From assembly GCA_030950485.1 (NCBI GenBank), contig JAUZRK010000006.1:19975-83974 (forward strand): a DNA stretch of 64,000 bases. Direction: 5' to 3'. The position numbers were made by a program, and so were the translations under genes. Below, one piece after another: positions 39,097-49,150 of this stretch. Source of the stretch: Candidatus Dojkabacteria bacterium (GTDB taxonomy: Bacteria; Patescibacteriota; Dojkabacteria; J137). The notes beneath the pieces are model-generated. The model saw nothing but the letters and a program-made list of their open reading frames with translations, searched no databases and had not been told where the DNA came from. How positions within the stretch are numbered: position 1 is the stretch's first letter; each line of letters starts with the position of its first letter.

Positions 39097-40116
39097 CTAT
39101 CTTATCTTAAACCACCTCAAAGACTCATCAATCATCTTAATTCTTTTTTCATCAACCCCTCCATTTCTTCTTAAAACAAAAAATGCTTTCCAAATAATAG
39201 TTCGATATCTATACAGTTTATAAATTTCATCAAAATTATCTGGTAGGGATTTTATAGACTTATAACCTTCAATTAATTTCTTTTCTCTAGGATATAGCGT
39301 TGTCCAAGTAGGACAAGAAGCAAGGTCAAGCATTGATGAACCTACAACAGCCGCCTCCCAGTCAAAAGCACCGTTTAAATTAAACGTCTTAGTGTCATAC
39401 ATTATATTATGATCAGCAAGATCATGATGAACAAGATTCCCTTTTTCTATATTTATTAACTGAATTCTATCTTCAAATAGCTTCAAAGATTTATCTACCT
39501 CACTTACAGTCAAAACTCCATCATCACTAATTTCTTTAAGGTCTTGCTCTAATCTAACCTTTATATAATCGTAGAAAGTCTCATAAGCCCCTTTTAAACT
39601 ATCGATAGGCTCAGTTTCATCAAACAACCCGAATCCGTCTAATTTTATTTCAGAGATTTTTGCAATATACTCTCCTAATTGAAAAGATATTCGATCATAG
39701 TCTTCTTTAGTTCCTTCAAATATAACCTCTGGATCTAACCCTTCGAAAAATTCTTCTATTTGATAGTCAAATTTATATTTTTCTCTTGAGATATCGACAG
39801 ATAAGATCTTATTAGTGTTTACTCCAATATCTAAAACTCTATCAGTAATCATCTTTTCTATAAGCATCACTTTTTCATGTTCAAATTCGCCTGTATTCGC
39901 TCTAAAGACTAATTTTCTTAAATCATTTTGAAAATCTGCAATATAAATCACATGTGCAGTCCCCCAGCTATCTGGTCTTGTCAGAGTTCTAACTTCTAAT
40001 CCTAGTTCATTTTTAAAAATCTCTCTTATAATCTCTTCATTAAAAACATCATATCTAGTTTCAAATGATTTAATATGATCATCAGATCTATGTGCAACTT
40101 TATAAAATATTTTCAT
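39097..40116 (-). CDS. Phosphotransferase (APH/choline-kinase-like protein kinase fold).
   Basis: Catalytic loop HHDLADHN and FDWE (DFG-like). 339 aa. Confidence 0.6.
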   Translation of the reverse strand: MKIFYKVAHRSDDHIKSFETRYDVFNEEIIREIFKNELGLEVRTLTRPDSWGTAHVIYIADFQNDLRKLVFRANTGEFEHEKVMLIEKMITDRVLDIGVNTNKILSVDISREKYKFDYQIEEFFEGLDPEVIFEGTKEDYDRISFQLGEYIAKISEIKLDGFGLFDETEPIDSLKGAYETFYDYIKVRLEQDLKEISDDGVLTVSEVDKSLKLFEDRIQLINIEKGNLVHHDLADHNIMYDTKTFNLNGAFDWEAAVVGSSMLDLASCPTWTTLYPREKKLIEGYKSIKSLPDNFDEIYKLYRYRTIIWKAFFVLRRNGGVDEKRIKMIDESLRWFKIR

Positions 40117-40193
40117 CTCAAATTTCTTAAGTTATTATTTTTAATTGTATCATTAATATTGACTATATCTGAATTCAGTTTATAATTCCTGAC

Positions 40194-41069
40194 ATGAGTA
40201 ATACAGATAAAATACAAACGGATGCAGCGGCTCCATTCAGTGAATTTACAAATCCATTAAATCACACATCGAATGCTAAAGCACCTAAAAACCAATCTAA
40301 AATAAATTTATATGACATAGCTCTAGATCAACTAGAAGCTGTAGGTCAGAGAATATTAGATGAAATGGATGAAGTATATTTATATTATGTATCCTTGTTA
40401 GAAGGGGAGTTAGAAGATTTCTGGCACTTAGATGTTCCAGTTTGTTCTAATGATAATAGCTTACAGGTAATTTTTGAAGACGATGGTAGTACCAATATCT
40501 TAAATACTCAAAAAGAAACAGCATTAGAGTGCTATGGTGATGATAGTATAGAAAATCCTATACGATTATATGATCAAGCTAAATATGTTTCTCAATTCCT
40601 TCCAGTAATATATGGGCTTTTAGAGAAAGGTATGTGTCATAATGATAAGATTTACGTCTCAATAGAAGTTCCTTTTAGTTTCGAAGTCTCATGTCAAAAG
40701 CATGGAGATGGAAAAAGAGATGGACAACGAGGTGATCATATTGTAATGGCGGAAGGTGTGTTTATAATAGAAAAAGGTGAAGCTCCTTTACTTACTCAAG
40801 TTCGTATTAATTTAGATGATTTTGATGAAGATACCGTTAGGCCAACTTTAAGTCAATCATTTAGACTTGGAAATGAAATAGAAGTAGAATGGGTGAATCG
40901 AATTTATAAAGCATCAAGATACCTAGCAAGAATGGCCAATTATCGTGAGGATGAAGAATATGATGGAATATTCGATAAATATTCGTATATTGAGTTTCTT
41001 TTGTTAAAGATTACTGAAAAAATAGATACAAGTGAAAAAACTGGAATTATTCGGCACAAAGAACAATAA
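40194..41069 (+). CDS. Hypothetical protein.
   Basis: 291-aa ORF. No recognisable motif. Confidence 0.35.
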   Translation: MSNTDKIQTDAAAPFSEFTNPLNHTSNAKAPKNQSKINLYDIALDQLEAVGQRILDEMDEVYLYYVSLLEGELEDFWHLDVPVCSNDNSLQVIFEDDGSTNILNTQKETALECYGDDSIENPIRLYDQAKYVSQFLPVIYGLLEKGMCHNDKIYVSIEVPFSFEVSCQKHGDGKRDGQRGDHIVMAEGVFIIEKGEAPLLTQVRINLDDFDEDTVRPTLSQSFRLGNEIEVEWVNRIYKASRYLARMANYREDEEYDGIFDKYSYIEFLLLKITEKIDTSEKTGIIRHKEQ

Positions 41070-41132
41070 ATAATTAAATTTTACTGAATCGCTTTTATCC
41101 ATTATAATTACTTGGATAATTAAATAAAGAAT

Positions 41133-42044
41133 ATGAAATATCAAGTTGTACTTTTTTACAAATATACAAAGATTGAGGATCCAGAATCAGAAATGGACTA
41201 TCAGATAAACTTATTAAAGAAACTGAATCTTTCTGCACGAATGATTGTAGCTGAAGAAGGGATTAATGGAAACTTTGAAGGAAGCCCTGAAAACACAGAG
41301 AAATACATAGAAATAATGAGTAAGAGAGAGGGATTTAAAGATACCCACTGGAAGAGAAGTGAAGGAAACGGAAATGCATTCCCAGGAATCAGAGTAAAAG
41401 TAAGACCTGAAATTCTTTCAATAGATCTAGGAGAGGAGGATTTTGATCCAAATGAAATTTCTGGAGATTATATTTCTGCGGAAGAATTACATGAATTATA
41501 TGAAAAGGGAGAAGAGTTTTATGTTGTAGATATGAGAAACGAATTCGAACATAAGGTTGGATTTTTCGATGAATCAATAAAAATGCCTTTTAAAGCATTA
41601 AGAGAACTTCCAGAAAAAATGGATATGTTAAATCATTTAAAAAATAAAAAAGTAATAACTGTTTGTACTGGAGGAGTTAAGTGTGAGAAAGCTTCAGGAT
41701 ATCTAAAAAAACAGGGATTTACTGATGTTCATCAACTTCATGGTGGAATTCATGATTATATTGAAAAGTTTCCTAATCAACACTTCAAAGGAAAGCTATA
41801 TGTTTACGATGGTAGAGTAGTAATGGGATTTGAGCTGGATGCACCAGAACATCAAGTTGTTTCTAACTGTGATAAGTGTGGAGAAACTTCTGATAATTAT
41901 GTTGACTGCACATATTTACATTGTAAAGGTCATAGGCATTTTGTCTGTTGTGACAACTGTTTAGAAAAGGACGGAACTGCATTCTGTTCAGATAACTGTA
42001 AAGAGCTAGCTTATGCAGATAAGAAAATATTTGTAAGACAGTAA
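41133..42044 (+). CDS. trhO: tRNA uridine(34) hydroxylase TrhO / YceA-type rhodanese-domain protein with C-terminal Cys-rich extension.
   Basis: UPF0176 N-domain and rhodanese active site VITVCTGGVKCEKASGYL. Cys-rich tail CDKCGE...CCDNC. Confidence 0.7.
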   Translation: MKYQVVLFYKYTKIEDPESEMDYQINLLKKLNLSARMIVAEEGINGNFEGSPENTEKYIEIMSKREGFKDTHWKRSEGNGNAFPGIRVKVRPEILSIDLGEEDFDPNEISGDYISAEELHELYEKGEEFYVVDMRNEFEHKVGFFDESIKMPFKALRELPEKMDMLNHLKNKKVITVCTGGVKCEKASGYLKKQGFTDVHQLHGGIHDYIEKFPNQHFKGKLYVYDGRVVMGFELDAPEHQVVSNCDKCGETSDNYVDCTYLHCKGHRHFVCCDNCLEKDGTAFCSDNCKELAYADKKIFVRQ

Positions 42045-42049
42045 GTTTA

Positions 42050-42582
42050 ATGACTTATATAACAATCACTTTAAGCGCATTATCCTTTATAGGATTTGCG
42101 CTTATTTTTTTAGGACTTTTTATACAAATTAGAATTTGGTCTAAAGATAAAAAATTAGAATCTCATAAAAATCATGAGACAACAGAAGAATTTCATTATT
42201 CAAAAGAGGATTTTACAGAAAGTAAAAGTGTAGATAAAGATATTTCAGATGGATCTATCTCTGCAACTTACTTTAAAGGGAAAGGAACTAGAATAGATAT
42301 GGGAGGTTCTATAGAAATGTATTATTTACTAAAGAATTTCAATTCTCCTGAGATCAAAGGCTGGAAGTTTATTTTTATAGGTTTTTCAATAGTGTTTCTA
42401 TTTTCTTTCCGGCTATTGCTTCAATCTTTGTAGTTTCAGAAAAGAATTCGAATTATTCTATGATATTGTTTACCGTATCTTTACTAGTCCCTCTAATGTA
42501 CCCGTTTAAAGTAAGAAGTGCTTATAAAAAGAGTAAAGAGAGAGTACTAGAAACTACAGAAAATCAAGAATCAATCAGCTAA
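42050..42582 (+). CDS. Small membrane protein. The C-terminus probably continues in frame 1 after a frameshift near 42352-42433.
   Basis: Frame 2 ORF ends ...FSFRLLLQSL* at 42433. Frame 1 is open from 42352 to TAA 42580-42582 and encodes further TM-like sequence (PAIASIFVVSEKNSNYSMILFTVSLLVPLMYPF...). Confidence 0.4.
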
Positions 42583-43277
42583 ATAATTTTTAGTAAATCG
42601 ACAAGTCCTTCTATTCTATAAGTAGCTTCATTCATTTCATCTTCACTATATTCATAGAATTTATTCCTAATTAAGCAAGTATCTATCCCAAGCTCTTTTG
42701 GTGCAATAATATCGCCTTTTACATTATCTCCTATCATTAGCATCTCAGAAGGCTTAATGTGTTCATGTTTTAAAATATACTCAAACATTTCACAAGTTTT
42801 TTTTAATGATCCAATCTCTTCTGCTGTATAGATATAAGAGAAATACTTCGTAACCATCAATGAATTTAGCTTACCTAATTGAATATCAAAAGAGAAATCA
42901 GTAGCAACTACCAATTTATAACCTCTATTCTTAAGTTCATTTAGCGTTTCATATAAACCTTCTCTAGGGTTTACGTTTTCAAGAAAGATTTCCCAATACT
43001 GCTTGCTTATTTTCTCAATCCAAAACCAATCTATTTCGTATTCTAATTCATTAACCATTTCCGATAAATGTAGTGCCCTTATCGCAAGCATGTATTTCTC
43101 TGGTTGCTTTTCCTTTAATCCTGCTCTTGTTTTATTAAAAGCATGATCAAAAAGATCTTTATCTGTATGGTATTTCTGGAACCATTCTTCATAAAGCCAT
43201 TCATAAGCTACCCGCCAAGGCTTTGTTCCATCATTTAAAGTATCATCAAGATCAAATGCAATTAGTTTGTATTTCAT
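42579..43277 (-). CDS. HAD-superfamily hydrolase.
   Basis: Motif I IAFDLDDTL. 232 aa. Confidence 0.65.
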   Translation of the reverse strand: MKYKLIAFDLDDTLNDGTKPWRVAYEWLYEEWFQKYHTDKDLFDHAFNKTRAGLKEKQPEKYMLAIRALHLSEMVNELEYEIDWFWIEKISKQYWEIFLENVNPREGLYETLNELKNRGYKLVVATDFSFDIQLGKLNSLMVTKYFSYIYTAEEIGSLKKTCEMFEYILKHEHIKPSEMLMIGDNVKGDIIAPKELGIDTCLIRNKFYEYSEDEMNEATYRIEGLVDLLKII

Positions 43278-43342
43278 AAAAGGATTTTAAGCTAGTCAGT
43301 ATACCAGTAAGTTGAACTAGCGAAAAGGTAGCGGTAAAACAA

Positions 43343-43384
43343 AGTAATTTATAGTAACTAATTACTCAGTTACTATAAATTACT
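43343..43384 (-). terminator. Perfect 17-bp inverted repeat (AGTAATTTATAGTAACT / AGTTACTATAAATTACT) with an 8-nt loop, downstream of pyrG. The T-rich tract is on the minus strand.
   Basis: Read directly. The minus strand continues TTGTTTTACC after the hairpin. Confidence 0.7.
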
Positions 43385-43445
43385 TAATTACAGGATTTTA
43401 ATTCTAATTTCCAATTCACTCTCTTCACGCCTAACTCGCTACCCC

Positions 43446-45119
43446 TTAACCCTTCAAACTCGCTCTTATAAACTCATTAAAAATAGGATGTGAATTTAAC
43501 GGATACGATTTATATTCTGGATGAGCTTGAGTTGCTACGAAAAATGGATGTACTGATTTTGGTAACTCTATCATTTCTACAAAAAAGTCATCAGGTGAAG
43601 CTCCACTAAATACTAAACCAGCTTTCTCAAATTTCTTTCTAAATTCATTATTAAATTCATATCTATGTCTATGTCTTTCACTTACTACAATATCTCCATT
43701 TTTATTTTCCTTTTTAATATGAGTCTTATCTGTTTTATAGATTTGATGAGCTATAGTACCTTTTTTAATTACACAATCAAAAGAACCTAATCTCATTGAA
43801 GTATCTTTACCTTTAATAGTCTGATATTTCTCATCAAAAGGAATACTATGAATAATCATATTCTTAGATTTTGGATTAACTTCCTCAGCATGGGAATCTT
43901 TTAGATTAAGAACATTTTGAGCATACTCAACAGCAGCTAATTGCATTCCATAACAAAGTCCAAGATATGGAATCTTATTTTCTCTGGCAAATTTAATTGC
44001 TTTTAATTTTCCAGGAATTCCTCTGTTCCCCCAACCAATCGGAACTATAATTCCATCAACACCTTTGAGTAATTCCTCAACCATATCTTCTGATTTTTCT
44101 GAATTGATAAGTTGATATTCAATCTCAGTACCAGTCTCAATTCCTGCAAATTCTATCGCATGCATTAAGGCATGGTATGAATCATTTAGATGAGAATCTC
44201 CTGTACCAAAATACTTACCAACAATAGCTATCTTAGTTTTATTCTTTTTAACTCTATGAATTCTTCCAACAAATTCTTGCCACTGATCTAAATTAGCTTT
44301 TGGCACTGTTTTAACTCCAAAAAACTTTAATATTTTCTCATCAAGTTTCTGTGCATGAAGATGCAAAGGCACATCATGAATATCAGGAAGGTTCTCCGCT
44401 GAAATTATATGTTCTTCTGGTATTCCAAATTTTAATGCAAACTTGTATTTTCTTTGATCATCAATTGGTGATTGAGATCTTGCTACAAAGAAATCAGGTT
44501 CAATACCCATACTCATTAAATCTCGAACTCCAAATTGGGCAGGTTTTGTTTTAGGCTCTCCAATATGAGGGGGTTGTAAAATATATGAAACATGAATATT
44601 GGCAACTGGATACTTTTTAGACATTAATCTGGCTGCTTCATAATACAGTCCATTATTATTCTCGTATTCACCTACAGTTCCACCAAGCTCAATAATAGCA
44701 AAATCAGCTCCTTTAGATGATTCCTCAATTCTTCTTATAACTTCATTAACAACGTGAGGTATTGGTTCAACATCTTCTCCGTCATAAAACATATTCCTCT
44801 CATTTTGTATTACCTTTAAGTATAACTGCCCCATAGTCATGAAATTTGGATGACCAACTTCCTGGCTTAAAAACCGTTCATAATTTCCAAGATCTTGATC
44901 GCCTTCTAGTCCGTCATTACATAGGTACGGATCTCCGTGCTCGATTGGATTAACTGTTCCAAAATCCCAATTCAGGTTATTTTCACATTTTATCGGAACT
45001 ACATTAAACCCCCTTTGTTTTAGTAAAAAAGCTATTGAAGCAGAAGTTATTCCTTTACCAACAGCGGAAATAACTCCTCCAGATACAAAAATATAGTTAG
45101 TCTGATTTGAAGAAGACAT
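43446..45119 (-). CDS. pyrG: CTP synthase.
   Basis: 557 aa. N-terminal synthetase domain (YIFVSGGVISAVGKG) and C-terminal GATase (GLCYGMQ, Cys nucleophile). Confidence 0.9.
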   Translation of the reverse strand: MSSSNQTNYIFVSGGVISAVGKGITSASIAFLLKQRGFNVVPIKCENNLNWDFGTVNPIEHGDPYLCNDGLEGDQDLGNYERFLSQEVGHPNFMTMGQLYLKVIQNERNMFYDGEDVEPIPHVVNEVIRRIEESSKGADFAIIELGGTVGEYENNNGLYYEAARLMSKKYPVANIHVSYILQPPHIGEPKTKPAQFGVRDLMSMGIEPDFFVARSQSPIDDQRKYKFALKFGIPEEHIISAENLPDIHDVPLHLHAQKLDEKILKFFGVKTVPKANLDQWQEFVGRIHRVKKNKTKIAIVGKYFGTGDSHLNDSYHALMHAIEFAGIETGTEIEYQLINSEKSEDMVEELLKGVDGIIVPIGWGNRGIPGKLKAIKFARENKIPYLGLCYGMQLAAVEYAQNVLNLKDSHAEEVNPKSKNMIIHSIPFDEKYQTIKGKDTSMRLGSFDCVIKKGTIAHQIYKTDKTHIKKENKNGDIVVSERHRHRYEFNNEFRKKFEKAGLVFSGASPDDFFVEMIELPKSVHPFFVATQAHPEYKSYPLNSHPIFNEFIRASLKG

Positions 45120-45314
45120 AGATATTTGTTTTAAAAGATTATGGGTATACCTATTTATGTAGAGGTATTGTAAATATTACTAGAAAAGTTTACTAAGGTC
45201 TAGTGAAGAGATTAAAATTTCTAGAAAGTAAGTGGTTAATACTTTTAATTATTCAAGATGAACTTGAATCTAGGAGAAAAATATTTCCTGTACAATAAAA
45301 ATTAAACTCAATGA

Positions 45315-47246
45315 TTAGATTGTATCTCCATATCTATTTAACATGTTTGTAAGATCTACAAGATCGATATCGCCAGATGAGTTTGCGTCTATATTAGAAC
45401 ATTCTCCAGACTTTAAATATATTTTAATATTTTGCGAACCTCTATTTTCAGGAACATTAAAATATTTAGTAACTACAGATCCATCTGAAAGAGTTATGTT
45501 TATTTTATATTGTCCGTAGAAACCTCTAAATGAATATTGTCCATTTGTATCTGTCACTGCAGTATTAATATTTGTTGTCCATTCTTCTCTAAGTGAAAGA
45601 TACGCCTCTCCAGCTGCATTCTCATTAAAGTTTTCATCTACCCAAGTTGTATTTATCCCTCTCCATTGTTGATTTGGAGTGAACCCCCAGTTAAAAATGC
45701 CATTTACATCTTTTCTTGAGAAAGCAATTTTATAGAACCTTCTTACATTTTCAGCCCTAAGATCAATATTTTCCATAACCGTATCAAACTCAGTAATCCA
45801 AATTGGTAGACTTACTCTACGATTCACCTCATCAAATCTATCGATTGTAGTAAGTGGATTAACAATATATTCATCAGGAAAATGGGCTTGAAAAGCTATT
45901 CCATCAGCTCTTAAATTCCTGTCATTTACTAAGTAGTCAGTAACATTAAGGTGATCATCAATGTTACTTCGTCCGCCAAGTGTTCCAGAATCACTTATAA
46001 TATATTGAATATCTGGAGCTATTTCTTGCGGTCTACCATACATATAATCATAAAAGTCTTCTCCAAATCTATCGATAAAACCAGCATGAGCATTTCTAGT
46101 TACATGTATTGTTGTAACAAGGTTTTCAACTCGTCCGTTAAGTTCTGGAAGTAAACTAGTTAAGTAATCTTCATATTTATCTTTGATTTCTTGATCACTT
46201 AAATTACTAATCCAGTCATTATTAACAACTAAAGCTCCGTTAAATAGAACCTGACCAAATACATACATGTCTTCATCCTCAGTGAATTTTAATTTGGATT
46301 CTCTACCAATTGATATATTTGGGTTATCTCCGTTCGGATAATTCTCTCTATAAATAATATCGAATTTAAAATTAACTATCTCATTAAATGCATTATAGTT
46401 TTCTGCAATATAGTCGTAGTAAGCTTGATTAGTCGAGATTGTGTTGCCTCCATTTAATGCAGGACTGATGGTTCCAAATTTAAAATCATTTTCAACTTGT
46501 TCTATAGAAATATCAGCACCAACTAAATTTGACCCATCTTCATTAATAAATTCTAGATTAAAGTTACCTTTTCTATTCTGATCTATTAAAGCATCAGTTA
46601 TAACTTCCCAATCAATATAATCAGTTTCACTAATTCGGATATCATCTATTCCTAATTTTAAAAAAATATCTGAATTAACTTCAAAAAATGAAGTATCTAT
46701 ACTTATTGATACATCTTGATATTCAGTATTATCAAAAGCATATCTTCCACCTAAATCTGTCCATTCACCACTTCTAGAAATTCTACTATCTAAAAGATAT
46801 TGTTTTACATCACCGTTTAAATCAGTTGTAATCAACCTTAGAGCTATTGTATCTCCTTTAGCAGCTCTCTCTATATTTGGTCTATATTCTAATTTAAATC
46901 TTAAAGAGAAATTAAGAGTTTTATTTTTATAATTTGTATCTGATATATTAATATTAACTCCATTAGTTTTATTCAAATCACCAATTAAATTCCAGAAATA
47001 ATTACCATCTACTGCTTCAACATTCGTAGTGGTATAGTTTCCATATGGAGCAATGTTAATATTATTAGAGAGTGTTAATTCACCATCTTCAAAATTTTCT
47101 GTGTATATTTCTATTCCTGCATTATTAAATTCTGTACTTGCATCAGAATCTTCTACCTCATTATTTTTCCTAGTTTCAAACCCTAAGTAGACAATGAATC
47201 CAACCAAGCTGGATAGTAATAATAATATTAATAATTTTCTAATCAT
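45315..47246 (-). CDS. Secreted glycoside-hydrolase-like protein (TIM-barrel; WITEFD resembles a GH10-type nucleophile motif) with C-terminal dockerin-like repeat.
   Basis: N-terminal signal/TM. C-terminal NIDANSSGDIDLVDLTNMLNRYGDT matches the dockerin-like repeats of the 11472-12834 gene. Confidence 0.45.
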   Translation of the reverse strand: MIRKLLILLLLSSLVGFIVYLGFETRKNNEVEDSDASTEFNNAGIEIYTENFEDGELTLSNNINIAPYGNYTTTNVEAVDGNYFWNLIGDLNKTNGVNINISDTNYKNKTLNFSLRFKLEYRPNIERAAKGDTIALRLITTDLNGDVKQYLLDSRISRSGEWTDLGGRYAFDNTEYQDVSISIDTSFFEVNSDIFLKLGIDDIRISETDYIDWEVITDALIDQNRKGNFNLEFINEDGSNLVGADISIEQVENDFKFGTISPALNGGNTISTNQAYYDYIAENYNAFNEIVNFKFDIIYRENYPNGDNPNISIGRESKLKFTEDEDMYVFGQVLFNGALVVNNDWISNLSDQEIKDKYEDYLTSLLPELNGRVENLVTTIHVTRNAHAGFIDRFGEDFYDYMYGRPQEIAPDIQYIISDSGTLGGRSNIDDHLNVTDYLVNDRNLRADGIAFQAHFPDEYIVNPLTTIDRFDEVNRRVSLPIWITEFDTVMENIDLRAENVRRFYKIAFSRKDVNGIFNWGFTPNQQWRGINTTWVDENFNENAAGEAYLSLREEWTTNINTAVTDTNGQYSFRGFYGQYKINITLSDGSVVTKYFNVPENRGSQNIKIYLKSGECSNIDANSSGDIDLVDLTNMLNRYGDTI

Positions 47247-47257
47247 TTATTGAAGTT

Positions 47258-47911
47258 TTACTTACCTATTATCTTACCTTGAATAGTTTTGAAAGCCAGC
47301 TCTACTTGAGAGTTTTGAAGAATAATTGTTAGCTCATCCCAAGTCGACACAACTTCAATAATGTTTATTCCTTCCCATGATAAAATTTGTAGTACATGCG
47401 AGATGATGCCTGGCTGTTCAATATGGCCAGCTTTTAATTTTATAGTCATTGAAGATAATTTACTCCATTCGGTTTCTATTTCTTCATTTTTAAGTGCTCC
47501 GATAATTTCATCTTTAATATCTAAGCTTGCTATTAAAGTAGTTTGCCAAACACCTTTAATAAAAGTTAAATAGGCATTTTCTGGAATCATTTTATAAAGC
47601 TCAGATATTTTAGAGTATAGAGTCTTTGAATTTGTATAAGTAATTTCAAAAAGACCAGATCTCAGTGAAATCTCACCATAATGTTTGGAAAAATCAGGGA
47701 GTTTTAAATCTTCATAGTGAATACTTTCTGAATATCTTTTTAATGCCATTAAAATTGAAGCCTCGCTAGCTGATTTCATAAGGCTTTGTTCAATTTTCGG
47801 CTTTATTTCTCTAGAATAAGCTGACAGATTTAATAGACCTTTAGAAATTGCATCTTTAATAAATACAGATCTTTCAACTATTTCTTGTACTTTTGTAGGT
47901 ATAGTAGTCAT
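47258..47911 (-). CDS. Hypothetical protein, possibly tandem ACT-like regulatory domains.
   Basis: 217-aa ORF. Weak resemblance to aspartokinase C-terminal ACT pairs. Confidence 0.3.
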   Translation of the reverse strand: MTTIPTKVQEIVERSVFIKDAISKGLLNLSAYSREIKPKIEQSLMKSASEASILMALKRYSESIHYEDLKLPDFSKHYGEISLRSGLFEITYTNSKTLYSKISELYKMIPENAYLTFIKGVWQTTLIASLDIKDEIIGALKNEEIETEWSKLSSMTIKLKAGHIEQPGIISHVLQILSWEGINIIEVVSTWDELTIILQNSQVELAFKTIQGKIIGK

Positions 47912-48018
47912 GTTAATATTTTAACATATTATTGTTTTTTTGAACAAATATTCTAGAAATTTCCTATAGATAGCAACATCAACTAAAATCATCTCAGTTT
48001 ATTTTTATATTGTAATTT

Positions 48019-49143
48019 ATGATTCAAGACAACATGACAACGGCAGGATATAGTCAATCACTTTCAAGTGAATGGAGTAGAGTAAGCTTTGAAAGAGATA
48101 AGGCAATAGATACAGAAGTAAAAGGCGAACAATATGAAGTATATGAGGTTGTAGACGAACTTTGCAACAGGGAACTAGAAGAAAATAGGAGGGCAACAAA
48201 AAGAATTTTTATTAGAGGAATAGATAATCTAGATTATTTATTAGGATTAGAAGCAGCTTTTAATACAAAGTTTGTAGAAGGAGTTATAGAAGTAGATACG
48301 AACGATTACGGGGATACCCTATATCAAGTTTATATTGGTATAAATTCTGATCAAAGAGAACCAGATTCAGCTGAGTTATTAGAAAGTGAAAACAATGTAG
48401 TTAATGCATACTTTAGAGATGAATATGAAAGAACTACAAATATTACAACTTTTGAAAGAAAAGAAAGAATACCAGATGTTGATTTGAGCTACTCTAATAT
48501 AAATATAGCAAAAAACTTTGAACCGATTGATAAAGAAAAAGGTCCATCAGAAGAGGAAATACTTTCAAGCGCTAATCTCTCAAGAGAAGACTTCGATCGA
48601 ATTATTGAAATTAATCATGCTTTTAGCTGGAGTAGGGAAGATGCACTTGCAATTATTTCGAATACAGATTCGATACTTGTAACATGTCGTTATGAAGGGC
48701 AAATAATCTCAACTGGTTTAGCAAATGTTGAGAGATACACTATATCAGAGAACGGTCAAATACGTGAGATTGTAGCAGTTGAATTAACAGAAGCAGCAGT
48801 TCATAATGATTTTAGAGGTCGTGGAGTTTATAGTCGCGTTGCAACTCAGGTAAAAATGGCTGCAGTAGAATTTGATCCGGATTTCACTTATGCTGAGTTT
48901 AATAGTGCATCAGAAAATAATGCTATGGCAGAAATAAATAGAAAAGATGGTAGACAAATTTTTGGACTAACTAATACTACAAGCCTATCTAGTAAAACAC
49001 TTAGACTATTTAACGGAGTTAGGTTTTTAAGACACCACGTAACAATTGTAGATAGGGATGAGGTTGAAAGATTTAGAAATTTTTGTGTATCACACAATAC
49101 AAGAGCGCAGAACAGAAAACAATTTAATATAGTCGAAGCTTAA
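48019..49143 (+). CDS. Hypothetical protein with C-terminal GNAT-like acetyltransferase fold.
   Basis: FRGRGVYSRV (Q/RxxGxG/A-like motif A) in the C-terminal half. 374 aa. Confidence 0.35.
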   Translation: MIQDNMTTAGYSQSLSSEWSRVSFERDKAIDTEVKGEQYEVYEVVDELCNRELEENRRATKRIFIRGIDNLDYLLGLEAAFNTKFVEGVIEVDTNDYGDTLYQVYIGINSDQREPDSAELLESENNVVNAYFRDEYERTTNITTFERKERIPDVDLSYSNINIAKNFEPIDKEKGPSEEEILSSANLSREDFDRIIEINHAFSWSREDALAIISNTDSILVTCRYEGQIISTGLANVERYTISENGQIREIVAVELTEAAVHNDFRGRGVYSRVATQVKMAAVEFDPDFTYAEFNSASENNAMAEINRKDGRQIFGLTNTTSLSSKTLRLFNGVRFLRHHVTIVDRDEVERFRNFCVSHNTRAQNRKQFNIVEA

Positions 49144-49150
49144 ATTCTAT

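Noticed and set aside
38930-39223. ORF 38930-39223 (+) with translation rich in F/L/S/H/Y.
   Set aside because: It is the translation of the CT-rich low-complexity tract, and it overlaps the 3' end of the minus-strand kinase gene. It is a compositional artefact.
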